This document shows positions 61,302 to 64,000 of a stretch of 64,000 nt of DNA, one piece after another. The notes under the pieces were generated by a model that saw only the letters and a list, made by a program, of their open reading frames with translations, did no database searches and was not told the DNA's origin. The number at the start of each line of letters is the position of its first letter. The stretch's first letter is position 1. Origin of the DNA: an uncultured bacterium (lineage in GTDB: Bacteria; Bacillota_I; Bacilli_A; RFN20; CAG-826); NCBI GenBank assembly GCA_949285665.1, contig CASDYC010000001.1, positions 79,709 to 143,708 of the forward strand, in the 5' to 3' direction. A program made the translations under genes and the position numbers.

Positions 61302-62229
61302 AAAACACATCCCGGTTTTACTAAAAGAAGCAATTAATGGATTAAACATCAAGCAAAATGGCATTTATGTAGACATGACTCTAGGAAGAGCAGGACATTT
61401 CTTTGAAATATTAACTCATTTAAATAACACTGGCTTAGCAATTGGAATTGACCAAGATGAAGAAGCAATTAATGATAGCTTGAATTTTCTTAAAAATAAT
61501 TTTAAATACAATAATTACAAAATTGTTAAAGATAATTTTTCTAATATTAAGGAAATTGTACAATCGCTTAATATTGAAAAAGTCGATGGTTTTATTTTTG
61601 ATTTAGGTGTTAGTTCGCCTCAATTTGATGAAACTGAAAGAGGATTTTCATATCGAAACAATGCTGTTCTTGATATGAGAATGAATCAAGACAATACTTT
61701 AACGGCAAATTATATTGTTAATAATTATTCTCTTAATGATTTAACTAAAATATTTAAAGAATACGGTGAAGAAAAGTATTCTTATAATATAGCCAAAAAT
61801 ATTGTTAAAGAAAGATCGAAAAAAAGAATTGAGACTACATTAGAACTTGTGGAAATAATTAAAAATTCATTACCAAAAAAAGAATTAGAAAAAAAGGGCC
61901 ATCCAGCAAAACAAGTATTTCAAGCATTAAGAATTGAAGTTAATGATGAACTAAATGTTTTAAAAAAAGCATTAATTGACTCTTTAGATTTATTAAAAAT
62001 TGGTGGAAGAATATGTGCAATTACTTTCCAATCTTTAGAAGATAAAATTGTTAAAGACATATTTAATTCTAAAGCAAAAATTATTCATTCAAGAAGAAAT
62101 TTGTTTGATGTAAAAGAACCAGATTTTAAATTAGTTAATACAAAAGTTATAGTTCCAAATGAAGAAGAACTAGAAAAAAATCCAAGAAGTAAATCTGCAA
62201 AATTAAGAATTATAGAAAGGATAAAATAA
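61294..62229 (+). CDS. rsmH: 16S rRNA m4C1402 methyltransferase
   Basis: HIPVLL, DMTLGRAGH, DLGVSSPQFD, FQALRIEVN, NPRSKSAKLR. Confidence 0.97.
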   Translation: MFEKHIPVLLKEAINGLNIKQNGIYVDMTLGRAGHFFEILTHLNNTGLAIGIDQDEEAINDSLNFLKNNFKYNNYKIVKDNFSNIKEIVQSLNIEKVDGFIFDLGVSSPQFDETERGFSYRNNAVLDMRMNQDNTLTANYIVNNYSLNDLTKIFKEYGEEKYSYNIAKNIVKERSKKRIETTLELVEIIKNSLPKKELEKKGHPAKQVFQALRIEVNDELNVLKKALIDSLDLLKIGGRICAITFQSLEDKIVKDIFNSKAKIIHSRRNLFDVKEPDFKLVNTKVIVPNEEELEKNPRSKSAKLRIIERIK

Positions 62230-62231
62230 AT

Positions 62232-62426
62232 ATGAAAGACAAATTACAAAGATACGGAAATAAAAAAATATTTTATAAAATAAAATTCTTATTTAAAAAC
62301 ATCATATATTTCTTTTCAATTGCATTTCTTTTTGGAATATCTTTAGTTATAAATTCTAATGTAAATAAAGTTAATAAGATCAAAACTCAACAAAGTTTAA
62401 TTCCAAATAAACCAATAAACGCATAA
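62232..62426 (+). CDS. Small single-pass membrane protein at the ftsL position
   Basis: Basic N-terminus, one hydrophobic helix, short tail; directly after rsmH. Confidence 0.45.
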   Translation: MKDKLQRYGNKKIFYKIKFLFKNIIYFFSIAFLFGISLVINSNVNKVNKIKTQQSLIPNKPINA

Positions 62427-62467
62427 TTATTTACTAAAAAACTACTAATTATTTACTAAAAAACAAC
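62424..62467 (+). repeat. 22-bp tandem duplication
   Basis: TAATTATTTACTAAAAAACTAC followed by TAATTATTTACTAAAAAACAAC (21/22). Confidence 0.75.
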
Positions 62468-62535
62468 TAAAAAATTATTAAATCATTTATTTATCTATCT
62501 TTTAAAATTATCAAATAAATAATATAATATTATTT

Positions 62536-63729
62536 ATGGAAGTAATAACTTGTTTAGAAATTGATGATAATTATGTATCCTTGATAATCGGGTATTTAAC
62601 AGAAGACAATAAAGTGGCACTACTTTATAAAAATGTTAAAAGATTTGATGTTGAGGATATTTTTACTTTAAAGCCAAGTATAATTGCACAAACAATTACA
62701 GATTTAATTAGCAATGCAAAATATTCTAATATTCAATTTAATAACTTTTATGCTTTATTATCACCAAAAAAATGTAATAGTTATTCATCAACAGTTTTAA
62801 CTTATGTTTCAAATAGTGACTCAATTGTAAGTGAAACTGATATTAATAATTTGATGTCGATGGCTAAGAAGAAAAATATAAGAGATGATCAAAAAATTGT
62901 TGAAATAATTCCTGTTTCTTTTAAATTGTCAAATGGAAATGAATTAAAAGTAAAACCTATTGGAGAAAAATCTAATGAAATATCAATGTCATATAAATTC
63001 CATTGTGTTGATATAAATACCTATAATTATTATTCAGAAATTTTTAAAATTTGTAATCTTAACCAAGTACAATTCTTAATTTCAAGCATTAATTTACCAA
63101 ACATTTTTAGAAATATTAAAAATTTTCCAAGTAATTATTTCCTTGTTTTTTCAAAAGAAAATATTACTAATATAACTCTTTTAGGCAAAGGTGAACCAAT
63201 TAAAACAAATACAATTAAATTTGGTTTTATAGATTTATATAAAAAAATAGCTAATCATTTTAACATCTCAATACAAAATGCAAAAAAATTAGTTAAAATT
63301 TTTGGATTTGATAAAGATGAAAATTATTTTAAAATCAATTTAGCAAATGCATTAGTTAATGTTGATAATTCTCTAAATATTTCGCAAAAAGATTTAAATT
63401 TATTAATAACTGACTTTTTACAAGAATTTATCTCAAATATTTCAAAGGAAATTCTTTCAATTGCAAATATTACAAAACTAGAAACTGAAAAGGTTGCTAG
63501 TTTAAATACTGTATTTTTGGGTGAAACTAATTTGTATTATAACTTCAAAGAATATTTAACTAGTAAATTTTCTAGTAATTTTATATTTTACGTTCCAAAT
63601 ATAATTAACTTACATGATTATGCATATTATTCAAGCTATGCTTGTATTTTATGTAGCAAAAATATTAATTCGTTTTTAAAAACTTTTCCTAATAAACGAG
63701 AAATTAATGATTTAAAAAGAGGTAACTGA
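62536..63729 (+). CDS. ftsA: Highly diverged FtsA-like protein
   Basis: Directly upstream of ftsZ; [18 protein letters not shown]...PIG (SHS2 domain), AKKLVKIFG; ATP-loop motifs eroded. Confidence 0.7.
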   Translation: MEVITCLEIDDNYVSLIIGYLTEDNKVALLYKNVKRFDVEDIFTLKPSIIAQTITDLISNAKYSNIQFNNFYALLSPKKCNSYSSTVLTYVSNSDSIVSETDINNLMSMAKKKNIRDDQKIVEIIPVSFKLSNGNELKVKPIGEKSNEISMSYKFHCVDINTYNYYSEIFKICNLNQVQFLISSINLPNIFRNIKNFPSNYFLVFSKENITNITLLGKGEPIKTNTIKFGFIDLYKKIANHFNISIQNAKKLVKIFGFDKDENYFKINLANALVNVDNSLNISQKDLNLLITDFLQEFISNISKEILSIANITKLETEKVASLNTVFLGETNLYYNFKEYLTSKFSSNFIFYVPNIINLHDYAYYSSYACILCSKNINSFLKTFPNKREINDLKRGN

Positions 63730-63731
63730 TT

Positions 63732-64000
63732 ATGTACAATGATTTAGACAAATTTGAACCTATTATTAAAATTGGTGTAATAGGAATTGGTGGTGCAGGA
63801 AATAATGCTGTCAATAGAATGATTGATGACAATGTTAGCAATGTCGAATTTTATGTAGCAAATACTGATAAACAATCATTATCTCTTTCAAAAGCTGGAA
63901 ATAGAATAATTTTAGGTATTAATTCTACAGCTGGCCTTGGTGCTGGTGGTGATCCTGTAATGGGTAAAAAAGCTGCTGAAGAATCTTTAGATGAAATTAA
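63732..64000 (+). CDS. ftsZ: Cell division protein FtsZ (3'-truncated by the window edge)
   Basis: Not in the ORF track; manual translation gives [31 protein letters not shown]...ANTDKQSL...GLGAGGDP. Confidence 0.96.
   Translation, partial: MYNDLDKFEPIIKIGVIGIGGAGNNAVNRMIDDNVSNVEFYVANTDKQSLSLSKAGNRIILGINSTAGLGAGGDPVMGKKAAEESLDEI

Overview
Very AT-rich bacterial chromosome segment (by eye about a quarter GC or less; not computed), translated with TGA as stop. Gene content and order point to a reduced, probably wall-less uncultured Bacilli lineage (RFN20/RF39- or Erysipelotrichales/Acholeplasma-like; this is inference). The left third is accessory. It holds the 3' part of a large Ig-repeat protein with a duplicated unknown domain, a LacI-controlled alpha-mannosidase/kinase/lyxose-mannose isomerase/aldolase/epimerase cluster, CorA, a MarR-controlled heterodimeric ABC exporter, an iron alcohol dehydrogenase, a repeat-stalked lipoprotein nuclease, eno, two tRNAs flanking a probable integration scar, and a GH3 glucosidase. 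The rest is Bacillus-like core: ccpA-tyrS, rpsD, ezrA-iscS-thiI, thrS-infC-rpmI-rplT, pfkA-pyk-glk, an inverted dnaB-dnaI, ackA-nrnA-dnaE-polA-(mutM::coaE fusion), glgB-glgP, pheST, and a minimal mraZ-rsmH-ftsL?-ftsA-ftsZ cluster. Two T-boxes, L20 and S4 leaders and three operators are visible. Most notable: a candidate PTS-independent mannose pathway, a CGG codon at a usually conserved Trp (possible recoding, evidence mixed), repeated leaderless-type promoters, a dispersed ~30-bp motif, a degenerate FtsA and an atypical tRNA-Val(GAC). No CRISPR array, rRNA or intact mobile element was seen.
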